Origin: Ophelia neglecta
Lineage: Eukaryota
Direction of reading: 5' to 3'
Length of the DNA: 64,000 bases
Assembly (NCBI GenBank): GCA_965285935.1
Contig: OZ260664.1
Span: forward strand, 93,558,001-93,622,000
Shown: positions 39,901 through 53,032 of the stretch, in pieces
How positions within the stretch are numbered: the stretch's first letter is position 1
How the letters are laid out: every line of letters starts with the position of its first letter
Translations under genes and position numbers: made by a program
Notes under the pieces: model-generated
Seen by the model: only the letters and a program-made list of their open reading frames with translations
Told to the model about the DNA's origin: nothing
Database searches by the model: none

Positions 39901-42900
39901 TGTTTCTAATGGCATGTCGGCTACATGGGACCATTCCACGGTAATGGAGTCACTGGTTACAATGGTTATATTAACAAGGTTGCTTTTGGGAAAGTCCACG
40001 TAACCTGTTAAAACATCCAGAGCAGTACATTAGTGTCAATGATATATAACTGGCAAGAAAATGTTAACAGATACTCTAGTGACAAGGGAAAACTTACTGA
40101 TAGATAAGTTGCAGTGCATTCCTGTGTACCACGTGTCATACGGAATCAGTTGACAGCCGTGACTACACACTCCACTGACACTCTCACAGGTCTGCGTGTT
40201 AGGTATTGTCTCACAGTGACCACTGCAGCTGTACTTACAACTCTCACCGTAGTAGCCATACGGACACAGGGTACACTGTCCACTGTATCTTTCACACGTT
40301 GGAGTACCTTCATTAACAAAACACTTGATACTACATGCTTTATTACAGTCGTCAGCAAAAAAACCCGTTAATACAAGCATGAAAACAACTTCCTTTTAAT
40401 TGATTACAAGACCCAAATCCGTTTTCTGGATGAGCTTTACAATGGGTACTGAATCTTTGGTTGAAAAATTCGCGGGACCACCCATCCTGGCAACCCGTAT
40501 AGCATACCATTGACACTAGCACAGTCTGTACTGCAAGGACGTTCACACTTCTTGCCATATAAACCATTGTTACAATCGTTGTTACAATCTCCTGTTTCTC
40601 TGTGACATGTGTTAGAGCCCGTGACAACAAGACAGCCACTGTTACAGGAGTTTTGACACTGTTCTCCGTAGAAAGGTTCCAAACATCCATTTACGCATCG
40701 TCCGTTAGTGATAGAGCATGACCTGGACCCGTGTACGCCAACGCAATTAGCACTACATTGCCCGCCACAATTGTCCCCGTACTGTTTGTCACCACATTCT
40801 GCAAGATAAATTATTTACAAGCTTACACCAATTTTCAAGCTTCATCAACTACTACTGAAGTATTTAATATGCGTTTTTACGTACTAAAGAGTTAACGCTG
40901 ATGACGAGCGATAAAACAGGACGTTCTAGTGCACCTATGCTAAGTGCAAGGGAATCTCATAGATGTTGCGACACCTGTCGAAACATTGGGAATTACATTT
41001 ATTGAAGCAACAAGGCAAGCATACAAGGATGGCTTGTGTACACTATACTATATTCTCTTTTTGCATCGCGTATTCCTTAATATAAAGATAATTTTGCTAT
41101 AAAATTTTTTACCACATAAGGTTAAATTATTTTTGTAACTATAAATTTGAATGTTGATATTGATATGGTTGACTCGTTTTCTTCGTGCTCTGAATCGCAT
41201 CATGAAAAACTGTTAACTACGTCTCATTTCAACTGATATCAATGTTATTGTTCTATTGTTTTCTTTTAGGTTGTTAACATTAGAAGCTTGTTTACTGGTT
41301 GGGGGGGGGGGGGGGTAGGGTGAGGATAGCTGCATTGGTGCTTGGGGGTTAGGGACAGGAACACTTCATTGGTGTATGTGGGCCTGTGCCTATTTTATAA
41401 TGGACTATTCTTGATTTGTTCTTTTCCTGCTGGGTATTCACTCCCGTTTTATTTTAGTCTGAACACTCTTTATATCGTTATCGTTGAATTTATGTCTCGG
41501 TGTGACGTGAATGCATACGATTTCACTAATGAAACACATTTAACTCTAAACCAAAGGCTAATATTAATTGTACGATTAGACGTTGAAAAAGATGGGTAAC
41601 CTGTTTTACAATCGGGATACCGATATCCCTCAGTGCACCTTGAGCAGCCAGTTAAAGGGTTACATGACTGGCATCGGTGGCTGTCACAATCTGAAAGAAA
41701 GAGCACCACCTAATAACGGGTGTAACTTGACAAGGCATATTATAGCGACGAGTACCACTCGGAAACCGATCATAAGAAGCACTGTATTTTGTTTCGTCAT
41801 ATCTATCTTCCCTAGGTGGTAAACTGCTAATTTACACTCCATCTGTATCCAGTACATTAGCAACATGGATAAGACATAAATTAGGCACTTCAAATTAACA
41901 TAAAAATGTAAACAAAACAAAAACATTTTGATACATTTATAATACAGTATTTAAAACGCGACTTTAGCTGGCACACACCTCGATGCAAACAGAATGTTGG
42001 AGACGGGTTCTTGGAGCTCCGAGGGTTGTTCTTTTTGAAATATGTTTTTCTTCCAAGACAACGCAACCTTTTCAGTAATATTAATTCGATTTTCAAATAG
42101 TATACTTCTAGGCATGTAGCATTTTAATTGTTTTGTGTTTTCAGTCTGATTTAAAGCTCATGGAGCCTGTTTAATAAACACCGTGCTTCTAAGCTTGGTG
42201 GAACCTGGATTGAAATAAGATTTAACTTAAACTATTCCTGTTTCATATAACCAGGGGATTGCGCGGTTATTGCTCAGCAATAAAAAATGGCAAGATTTGG
42301 CTTCAAAATCTTTCTAATATTGCTTGGGAAAGTCATCTTAAAGTTCCCAGAACTTATGTAGATGTTTTGCGGATAAAGACTGGGATGCCCTTCATGAAAT
42401 AGAAATATACACCAATCGAGCTCATTAATCGGAGATTCCGCCGAGAACCAAGGCTATATTTATGAAATGGCGCCCTGGACCCCGTTCCATAAAGGCATTA
42501 AGCTGGGCTTGCCGGCGAAATCCCGGACTAATTTGCTCGAGTAATGAGGATTTCAGTTTCATATACGGGAATCGGTGTCTATGATAAAACAGTACAATGT
42601 AACAGTATAATTACAATTAACTGTGCATTAATTTCCACCATTTAAATTCATTAGGCGTGTATATGTTATATGAGTATTCTGTAAACACATTGGCAAGACC
42701 AGCATTGGGCTACTTCTACTTTATTATTAGATCTACGAAACTACTGTACAATACAATATAAAAAGATACCAAAAGTAGAAGTTTTGTGAGGACTATTGCG
42801 AAGCGTCAACGTTAGAATGTGCTGCCAGTATCACATGTTTAGTGTTGAGTGAAAAGGCGCGCGAGCCCTTCCCTTCGCCGAAAACAAGATAGCCGTTGGG

Positions 42901-43229
42901 TGGCGTGGCAGTCCTCGCGGCAGCCGAAAGGAAGCGTCACCGTCAGGCTCATATTGTCTATCGATTCCAACTTAGTGAGCTATAGTTATCATTTTAGAAA
43001 CTTAAAATGACACATCTGCTATATATTGTTTCTTGGCTGTAACAACGGAAGCGTGTTTATATGCATATGCGGAAATACTCGTTTTAATGAAACAGGAATT
43101 AAGGCTAAGCTGCATCTCACTTCATTGCTGGTCTGACCAAATCTAGCATGTGGCAAACTAGGGGTATAAGCCGCCTGGTAGGGGCAATTTTTAAAGGCGT
43201 ATAGAGAAACATACTCTCCGAGATCATCA

Positions 43230-44090
43230 GAGTATACTGTACGCGTTAAGAAAGTATGCGGTTATCTGATAGGTCCACCAGCTTAGAGAAGATCCAATAA
43301 ATAATCGATGACTTATTTTAAGACAAATTCATGTTCTAGTTTCATTGTTCATTGTTTTTACCGATTCGTATTAATACAGTGCTTGGATTTGAACCTTTAG
43401 AGTGTTAGTTTTTACTGCTGTCATTCATATGCTGTACCTGATAAATAGATTTGAACACACTGGAACTTTCATCAATACTCAAAGGCCCTTGATCGTATAG
43501 TCAAGTAGACGATTTGAGTCCAACCAATTTTTTAATTTGCTTCAATAGAAAAATAAAGACTTTTAATACGATAATTCGCTAGGGTTCTCCTGCACTAAAC
43601 CCTTATTTATTCTTGAATATTAGGATTAAAAAATGAGCCCTTTTGTTCTGTAGATGCGTGGATTACCATCCTTTATTGCTGGCTGATATTATAAACCGGA
43701 TAAAAATCCGACTTTATTAGAGTATACCCTTCGCGTTGAGAAAGTATGATGTTCTCTAATGGTCAATGACTTATTTTTAAACAAATTCGTATACATGTTC
43801 TACTTTCATGGTTCATTGTTTTAACCCGCTCGTGGTAATACAGTGCTTAGATTTGAATCTTTTGAGTGCTAGTTTTTAGCAATACTGCTCTCCGTCATAC
43901 GCTGTAACTGATGTATACTTTGGAACACATTAGAACATCCACCAATAGCCAAAGATTCTCGCTCGTATAGTCAGGTAGAGGACCTTTTTGAACACCAGGG
44001 ATTATAAAATTAGCCCTAATGTTCTGTAGATGCGAGGAATACCACCCTTTCATTACTGGCCGATATAAAAACCGGATAAGTACTATTATT
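43230..44090. repeat. Diverged local tandem duplication (about 0.4 kb) in intron 4 of paralog C
   Basis: The block agagtatac..gacttattt..tagtca(a/g)gtag..aaaccggataa occurs twice (about 43230-43702 and 43719-44080) but once in the other paralogs. Confidence 0.65.
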
Positions 44091-44306
44091 GGCAAAACAA
44101 AACAGAATGTTACAGGTTAGCATGACAAATACGGCAGAATGGCATATTGCAAATTTGGTTTCAATCTTCAGTGAAAGTTGATTGTTTTTAATGAATTAAC
44201 GTTGTGATGCGTGCTATTTCTATTTGATGAAACAATGCTTTACTAAATGTAATGACCCGGTCCTCTTTATGGAAATAAATGTAGTATGGTCAGTTGTTGA
44301 ATTTAC

Positions 44307-45395
44307 CTATAGGTTTGTATCCATGAACCATCACCTCACACAGCCCAAGGAACCGAGGTTCTAGTCCACTTGTCCTGATGATAGTTACATATCTACCAGT
44401 AGCTGGTGTGTCACACATTATGGTGTCATGTCCTCCAACGGGTACGACTCCTGTATAATCCTTACAAAGTCTTGTTTGGTCACCATGAGTAGTGTCACCC
44501 ACGCCAAGACGAAAATTGCCGGTTCGTTCTATGGAAATGACGTGTTGGTATTTAGTGCAGATACTCAAATTTCGGAGGTCAATTGTTTTTAATTATATCG
44601 AAATTGATAATGCCTGCGATGGAAAAAGTAAGTTAATCCGTAAGCATCGAAAAACCTATCCCTGTTCTTCAATGCTGCTTTAAAAGTGGGTAAATATTAG
44701 TTAAACCGGAGGCATGTGTTTTTGTCCGCAGTTTATGATTGTTATGATTGGTATATTAAACTTTTTTATTCAAGTAAGACCTTCGTACTGAAGTAAGATA
44801 ACTAGTAGAACATGATAGCATAACAATGATGACGTTGTTATAATATACTAATGTGGGTGCGAATATAATGTAAACAAATTATTAATAAACGGTCCACAAG
44901 ATTTATACACAACAGTTCGATACCGCTGCTTTGAGGCAGGATGACGATCAATAAGTTTTGTTTTGTAACATTCTGTTGTAATTTAACTGTCTCTAGACGG
45001 CAACATTTGGATTGTTAAATGATATATATTGACTTATTTGTTTGGTTGTCCTAATCAATTTTCAATTCTCAACCGAAGCAGGCAAATGCTAAACCTATGC
45101 CTTGACTGGTCGAATATGATCAGAATTTCGAATAAAGTCCACAGGGTCAGCACAATAAGCTATAGTGTGATTGACTTACTGTGATAATGGGTAGCTTTTC
45201 GATTGAAGATGGTGACACTAACAACTGTGTAGGCATCTAGTAGATCGACGTACCACCAGGCTCTGTTCCCGACCTCAGCGTCAGGATGGGCACAAGACCA
45301 TACTGCTGAGCCGATAATGCCGTCCACGGCAAGACCCGCGTGTAAACCAGCATACGTTCCATTCTGAGAGGCCGGCTTTCCACGAGCCACATTAC
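44307..45395 (-). CDS. Paralog C F-type lectin exons 3 and 4 (45395-45180, 44528-44307), both open
   Basis: Same motifs and splice phases as paralogs A and B. Confidence 0.8.
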
Positions 45396-46399
45396 CTGTT
45401 AGAATAACAAGTGACGAATATGATATGATGTGCTTAATAATGTATGGTATAAAGCCACTTGATCTCAAACTGACATAATCTAATCGAAATCGAGTCAAGT
45501 TGAACTTGTCTAATTCATTAGATAGTTGAGCTCCGATTTTGGTAGGCGTTAGTAGGTAAATAGTAGTGATTGGGTAGGGCTGAATTGTCAGGACAGGCTT
45601 GAAACGCCATCGACCATGTGTTACCTATTCTACAGCCAGTCCCAGTTCTCCGTATGCCGGCCGCCGGGGGATCATCAAACTGACACACTCCTTGGTACAA
45701 ACATGCTCCTGTCTTCCTGTCACAGGCAGATGTACACAGACACGGAAACACACACCCATCATTGGTATCGCCAAATCTGCACAGATCTAGAGACAGAAAT
45801 GTAAGCTAAATGAATTAATTTGGTTACGCATACAGATTGTGTCCTTTCATAATATAACAGTAATAGCTATGTATTTTGTTTTATGATACCGAGGAACGAA
45901 AAATCCGCTTTCTTTCAGCATTCAATGATGAACAGACCTTAATCAGTAACATTCTTCAGCTCTGCCCCCCTAAACCTTTTGACTCTGAGAACTATTGTAA
46001 CATGAAGTTCAGATCAACATTTACCAAGGCTGAGTTTTGGTTATGCGCAGATTGCTAGAATGTGCGCTTCCCAACCACTTCCCATGACACATGGGTGAAG
46101 CATAAGAAAGTAAAACCGGAATATAATGGAAAGCGGAAAAAAAGTAGGGAACCACCACTGACATCAGATAACCAGACAAAAAGTGGCGACGCCTCGCTAG
46201 AGTTACATCTTCTAGAAAGTCAGATACCCTATAAGGAGAGTGCAACTACGGCACTACGGACATAACATACTTAACCAGATATTAAATTTGACAAAGGTAT
46301 CAAGGCGACTATAAAACAGGACTGAAGCGCGCCATTGCCAAATGCCAAAACAACAACGACGAAATGATCAAGGTAAATTTAAGGCTCGTGGCGGAGATA

Positions 46400-47460
46400 A
46401 AGAAAGTGCTCGCATGTGCCGTAAGTCAAAAAGCTCTGCAACTGATCACCGACAGTCGAAGATCTGACTTGCAAAAGCAGGCCCCTTGGTCAACCGTCAT
46501 GTTCGAAGTGTAATGGAACACATAAAACTAGCTATTGTCTACATATTTGAGGGTGTTATCTCAAAAAGCACGATGATTTTGCCAGTATGGCTATAACACG
46601 AGTCAGAACCAGACAAGGAAATGTTAGTGTATGCCAGCCCATCAGTAGCAGACGTATAGAGGTTACAATAGTAACCTGTAATTGCATCTCCAAGGTAAAA
46701 CAGCCTTGCCTGTCGTTGTTTTCAATAGAACGTTTGTCCTCTGGCTTTATTTAAGGTGTATGAACTGCCGTTAATGCATCGTCTCTATACCCTTCATACG
46801 GACTTACCAGTATCTTTAAGTCACTTCCTGTTCCTGAGGACATGTTCTGTACTGCCCCTGTCTTGAAAACAAACAATTATGGCCCGTGGCTTATTTGAGC
46901 GCTTTCCAACCATATGTGAATCTTTCACCATGTGCGCAGGATCGATCTTCCATTTGACACGTATTATGTCATCAACTTTTGTGCTACATGCCTCATCTTT
47001 CTTCTCCTGTTTTCCACGCACGTTATTTATCCCAGATATTTTCTTAATACCTGTCTTTTCTACTCTACAATTTTTTTGGAGATTAAGTCCTTCATATTGG
47101 ACATTACAACCTACTCTTTCCTGGATTCCATGTTCTTTCCATTAGTTCAACCTTATTTCATTCCAAATTATTAAACAACCTCTCCTCGATTATATCAATC
47201 TGTTCTTCCATCTGTCTCTTGATTGCGATCAAAATTTGCGATTTCATGTTATCGTGTTCTTTTTAAGAGCTGCCTCTATCGGTGTCAGCTGAACGTCCAT
47301 GTCTGACTTATCAAATGATATTCCTTCCCGGTAATATTCCTTCAAGTGGTATTCCTTCACTGAAGGCGTTTTACCACTATACTGGGACAGTGTTTTCATG
47401 ACATAGGCAGCACGTTTGCCTTAAGAATGCCAAGCCAGCGTACAATCGAATCCAGAACAA
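46400..47460 (-). mobile_element. Ancient LINE ORF1 relic (L2/CR1-type RRM) in intron 1 of paralog C
   Basis: KVDDII..DSHMVGKRSNKPRAIIVCF..VLRNRK*LK and downstream YSHTGKIIV resemble non-LTR ORF1p motifs (HRVG..PRPIIV.F; W...GKI.V). Confidence 0.55.
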
Positions 47461-50145
47461 CAATGCTTTCGACACAGTTTTTGGTTTTGCTGTTTACACA
47501 AACCCTGTAAACCATTTTTGAATAGCCGTGCAACTTGATATTATCATAAAGGAATGTAAATAACTCATATATTAATACAATATACTGCATGTCTCAGGAA
47601 TTTACATGGGCTGTTACTATTTTCACACTATAAAACAATGTAGGTCCTATATTATCCAGAAGTTTCTCCGAGGAAAATGCTTAATAACTATTCCGTGAAC
47701 GCGAAAATAATAGAGCGACACTCTTCCTAGCGTCCTAGATTTCATACGTAGTAATTGTCAGTGAGGCTAGACGTTTTTCAGGTTAGCTGTAACATGGAGC
47801 CCCCCCCCCCATCCCCCACCCCGCCATACATAAATGCCATCATCGCTACACCCATAAAGTGTTGGTTCTATATTCCACGTGTGCAGACACTCGGTAATTC
47901 ATGTAACTTTATAGAAATTTCCTATAATAATATTTAATATTTGCTTTTATGTTGAGCCCGTCCATTTACCATCATGACGCATTGTAACTGTTCTTTGTGT
48001 AACTGTGTGTTCAACATGTACCTGTATTGTGTCAACACTTTCTATCTACATCTTTCTATAAGTTTGCTTGTCGACTGCATGCATGTGGGTACACTGTGTA
48101 GCCTACAAACCAGTTGTGGTTTATGGCGAATAAAGATGACATGCCTACATTCATTCATGTATTTATGACAATTTTACACATGGTTAGCCTAGTATATACG
48201 GAGAAAAACGGTCGCAATCATTTATAACTTGGGGAGCCTTACACGCTTTTTTTCACTATTGTTTTAAAAGTGGGGCAGACTGGATGGTAGCGTCTAGGTT
48301 GTTCGACTTTTTGCATTGCTTTCTTCAATCTCCCATTTAATGTCAGTCAATTTTATGTAAATGTTTTGTTTGTCATATGTATATAGTTTTGTCAGCTGTC
48401 AAGTGTCTCGAATCAATCATCAAGCACGAAAGCCTTTCACGATAGTGTAGAAAATCGGCCAAGCGATACACATCGAATTGTACCGATATATACAGCTACA
48501 CACGTAATGGCTGCAGGGTTACCATACCCGCCCTTTTTTACACTTGCAGGATATATTACGCGCAACCTTAGGTATATTGAAGCGCCCTAAGCTCATACCT
48601 ATATACATAGTTCCAGGTACAAGAACCATTACAAGTACAAAATTTTGGAAGCAGATTTGCCAGTTCTTATAAAAAGCTTTAAAACTAAAAATAAAGCATA
48701 GAAATATATAATAATGTCGAGCTCCTGAAACACACTACATCCGACAGGTGGCACTGGGGGAAAGTCTAGTGAGGCTGCTCTGTTACTCGCGTCGTTTAGA
48801 TCTATTCCAGGTAAGAGAAAATCTGGCATTTTAGTACGATGAATTCTTCCCCTTGCCTCCCTCTTGAAACAAAAATTATTTTGCTACTTTTATCAGGGTG
48901 CCCTACACCAGAAAAGTATTTCTTTTTTACAATAAAAATTTCTTTACGACGCAAATGCGTATTTTGCAACGTTAACCACAAACCAAAATGATTTTTATTC
49001 TAGCCAAACTCATATTGTCTGGATACAATTTAAGCGATCTAAGTATTTAGAAAAATAGGGATCGCCCGGTAAAAATTTAGGTTCTTATAAAAGTCTATGG
49101 GCCTATTTTTGGTGAAATGATTCTGAATTTTACAATTCCGAAGTGCCCTCAGACTGACAATACAGTTTTCGCCATAACTAGATAATATATCTTGACATTT
49201 TGAAGGGCTGTAATATAGATTTCAGACATCAGGAGCAAATGTAGGTTGTCCAGTTCTCATTGGGAGAGACCCTTATTTTCATAAAATCAATTTGGAACTT
49301 TTGCTTTGACCTACAATCAATTTAGTTTAGAATTCACACATAAGATAGAATATTGCTCCTATTTCATAAAACTGAGCAATGTCTTGGCATCTAAACCTTT
49401 AAACAAGCCTCCAATCGTACCATTATCTAAGTGGTACTCCATTTAAACTACTGAGATTCAACCGATTTTATTATACCGTGCAGCTAAAACAGGTTTATAT
49501 TCTATTTCATCAGTTCTAAGTTCTAGTTCTAATTGGGTGAATTCATTGAATAAATTCAAAATGGCCGCTATTTTGCGAATCAGGCGGCTTTCTGTTTTAA
49601 CCTATAATCAACTTGACCTTAATTTCACCCTTAAGATATAATCTGATGCAAACAATTGACCTAATCATAAAAGCAATGCATCGAGACCGATTTGAGCCTT
49701 CATCCACGCTTATAGGTCTCATTTGGGTTGAATGATACATAATACACCATCACGTAGCACAGTCGATATTATAATACCGTAAGCAGATTTTCGTCGCATT
49801 TCAGTCGCTTGATTAGATATCAAAACTCTTCAAATGCTATAACAAGTTTCAAGCATTGCGAAACCCGACAAAATGAGTCATTCTCACTAAACAAGACCAT
49901 ATTTGCATCAATTCAACATGGCTATCATTTTATTGTTGAAAATTTACTTAAAGTTGTGTTCAACCAAACACAAAATAAACTTAAGCAGGCGCCTTAATAA
50001 AGAAAGAAACATCTTACTGAACATCATTAAAAGTAGCAAGCCTTTTTTGTTTGCATAACTGACGAATTGCCGTCAATAGTCTCTTTAATTACCATGTTAT
50101 GATTTATTGATTAATATACAGGTTACCATCCAGAGGTCATTACAA

Positions 50146-50235
50146 CGGCGTGTATCCCAGGCTTAGTACCAGAGTGTGTACACCGGGCTTATCACCACGG
50201 CGTGTACACCAGGTTTATTACCACAGATTACTGAG
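50146..50235. repeat. 26-bp minisatellite (about 3 units), intron 1 of C
   Basis: Same consensus. Confidence 0.8.
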
Positions 50236-51016
50236 CTGACTTTTGTCCGTTTCATATTATCCAGTTTATTACGGCGTATCCCGTGAAATAAGGATAATTG
50301 AGGCATAACGTATCTCACATTTTAAAAAATCATTTTCACACCAATGGTTTTACAAATATGACCGCACCCTAAAGGGCTAGGATATGCATGAGCAAGCAGC
50401 CCCCCCCTTACACACAGACAAGCACAAATGGGTTGTGTGCAGTACATTTTCTGGATAACTACCGGGTGCATTGAATCAAAAAGTAAAGATAAAAGGCATA
50501 TACATATCTCCCTATTACATGTATTTTAAAATTACAAAGCCTATTCTGAACAGCCGAACTTAGAACAAGTAAATTACATAAATTCAAATAATACATGACG
50601 TAAGAACCATATCCATATGTACGTGTTTGTATTAACCGGCGAGGAATAAGCTACACAGACATGCAGTGACATACATCTAGTTAGACAACACGTTGTAACA
50701 ATATTTGTAATAGCTTGACAGCAACATTCACTAACCTGTCTGGCCAGTAACTCTTAGGATCAAAACGCCTGTAGTTATTAGCAAACTAACATAGACTTCA
50801 CAAATCATGTTCAGACCATAGGCACAGCTTGTAGATCAAGGTGCTGTTACGAAGTGAACTGAATCTATAGCATCAATGTCACGATATTTACACATACTTT
50901 CCGGTTTCTTATTAGTAAGCACTCGTCTCTAAACAAATAAACGCGCCTCTCCATGCGTTAAGGCGGTCTCTAACGTTCCGATGGGTAAAATAGTACGACG
51001 TTATCAAATGTTGATG

Positions 51017-51356
51017 ACGGGGGACCATGTGTAAAGTATTTTTTGGAAAAATTGGAGAAAAAAATTTCGTAATGTCAAAACCTACACTATTTCACCTACA
51101 TTGTAGTGGACAAATCTGCGCCACTTGTACGCCAGGGGAACCACTATTCCTTGTACACTTGTAGGGCCGGAGCGTGTTCTGATACGGGTAGGATAGATAC
51201 TTTACGCACACCACTTTGCGCACCTCTCATGCTGATACAAGTTACGCAGATTCGGGAATGTCCAGTACAATTTAAGTGTAAACTTGCAGCTTGTTTTGCT
51301 TTGCAATTTATTTCTCTCTAATTTCTCACAAAACACTTCACACATGGTTCGCCCGT
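51017..51356. mobile_element. MITE-like foldback element upstream of receptor C
   Basis: Homologous to 21008-21350. Confidence 0.6.
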
Positions 51357-51884
51357 AGTGTTGTTCCTCCCTGTGTGTTCTCAGCGTAAAGGGATTCGAC
51401 CACCTCTAAAATCATAAAATGTGATGGTTTATAGTTTTTGCCAGTTGGTTCACAGAAGTGTCCCGATTACACCATCAGGCTCGGAAGCCGACAATATAAG
51501 CATGTTATGATAAATTACAGGGATTAAGACCTGTTTTTGTCAATGTAACAGATTTTGTTTATTTAAAATGAATAGTGATTAAAAAACATGAAAAAAGCAA
51601 TGAATAATGTTTCTTCTTAATTTTCGACGTTCGTGATTGCATAACTAGATTGGATGAATTTAAATGCAGCCAGGTATATTATGGTAAAAAGTTGAACCGT
51701 GTTCCCTAAAACAAAACAAAATATAAAAAGCCAATCAGAAGTCACCAATAAATCACCGAAACAGTTAAAATTGTCGTGGACCAACTATTTGTGGTTTACA
51801 TTGCATCCAGCAATGACTTCCCTTGCTTTATCAAGAAACCTGCCTTCACCTGAGAGGTAACATAATAGGCGAAGTATAGAATAA

Positions 51885-53032
51885 TGACTTGTTCATGGCC
51901 CTATGTCAATGCTTTGTGTGCTTAATGGGCGTTCACAAAACGTTCAAAAAACGTTTAGTTGCCTCAAGGCTTTGCATTGTATGATAGGACCTATGTTAGT
52001 AATGTTTAATATTTCAGCATGTACGTAAAGAATGATAAACACTCATCTCTTATCATTGCAGGGCTAGTAGGTCTCGGACGTGGTCTACATTTAGATATTT
52101 CTTTATTTCTTCCCAGGAGATGTTCATATATAAGTGCATATTGAAAATCAATCATGAATATATTTTTATGAGGTATCTTTTGTAGAATTTATAAATTTTG
52201 TACATTAAATGGTTTGAGGATCGTGATTTCATATGTATAGTCACCCGAGGTAAATCGGTTTTGAATATATATTAGTTCCGCAGGACACGTTGTATTACTG
52301 TAGTTAATTTAAACTCGGTTTATTCTTATCTTAAAAAGTTTAATGTGTGACCAGTAATTTCTATGTAATTTAAGCCACCAGATCACTCCATTTTATTACT
52401 ACAAGTTATTTTCTGTTGTGATGCATTGGACAAAGGTAATCTGGAAACAGGGTCTAGTGAAACTACTAGGGTTAAGTATGGTTCGCTAAAATGAAGCACT
52501 AACTCTGCAGTGTTAGAAACATCCCGGAATTGTATAAATAATGATACCCCGAGAACTGATTTGATTAATATGAACACCCATGTTGATTTGAATTGAAAAA
52601 AATGTCTACTGGTCTCGAGCGACAGGGATTCAAGCCCTTTGTCCGTATTATGGAAGACCATTCAAGACAAAGCTTATATATTTGAAACTTCCAGATGTCC
52701 ACGGCCTTGACAACAATCTAAATTGCCAGAGATTAATTAGCTTAAATACCTTTGACCAAATGATATGGACCAAGGAACGCACATTTCGGCGCTCCTTGGT
52801 GATTGATTTTTATAATCTTAATGACAGCCACCCAGTTGGAATAACGTCAAGAAAAAATATCCTCGAAAAGTTCTGGTATTCCAGTGAAGGTAGATATCGC
52901 GTCGCCAGTGTTTCGGTTAATACCAGTTACATAGTACAAACTCAATTGGTGGCGGTAAAGTCGTATTTTATTTGGGCGTCAAAACATAAACGGGTACGGG
53001 TACAAATGGGGCTAACGAAAATGTGTCATTAA
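51885..53032 (+). pseudogene. Decayed unidentified plus-strand gene, copy 4 (internal deletion)
   Basis: ORF 52682-53032; deletion near 52586 removes the CYKN..DSC segment. Confidence 0.45.

Larger units (their letters stand above)
38572..50808 (-). pseudogene. Receptor paralog C: frameshifted in the EGF exon (pseudogene, or truncated secreted lectin of about 374 aa)
   Basis: Exons 50808-50736, 45786-45625, 45395-45180, 44528-44307, 41690-41601, 40798-40098 (701 nt; 29-nt deletion near 40506 and 1-nt insertion near 40365), 40004-39672 (divergent FN3), 39389-39275, 39005-38869, 38660-38572. First stop at 40437. Confidence 0.8.
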
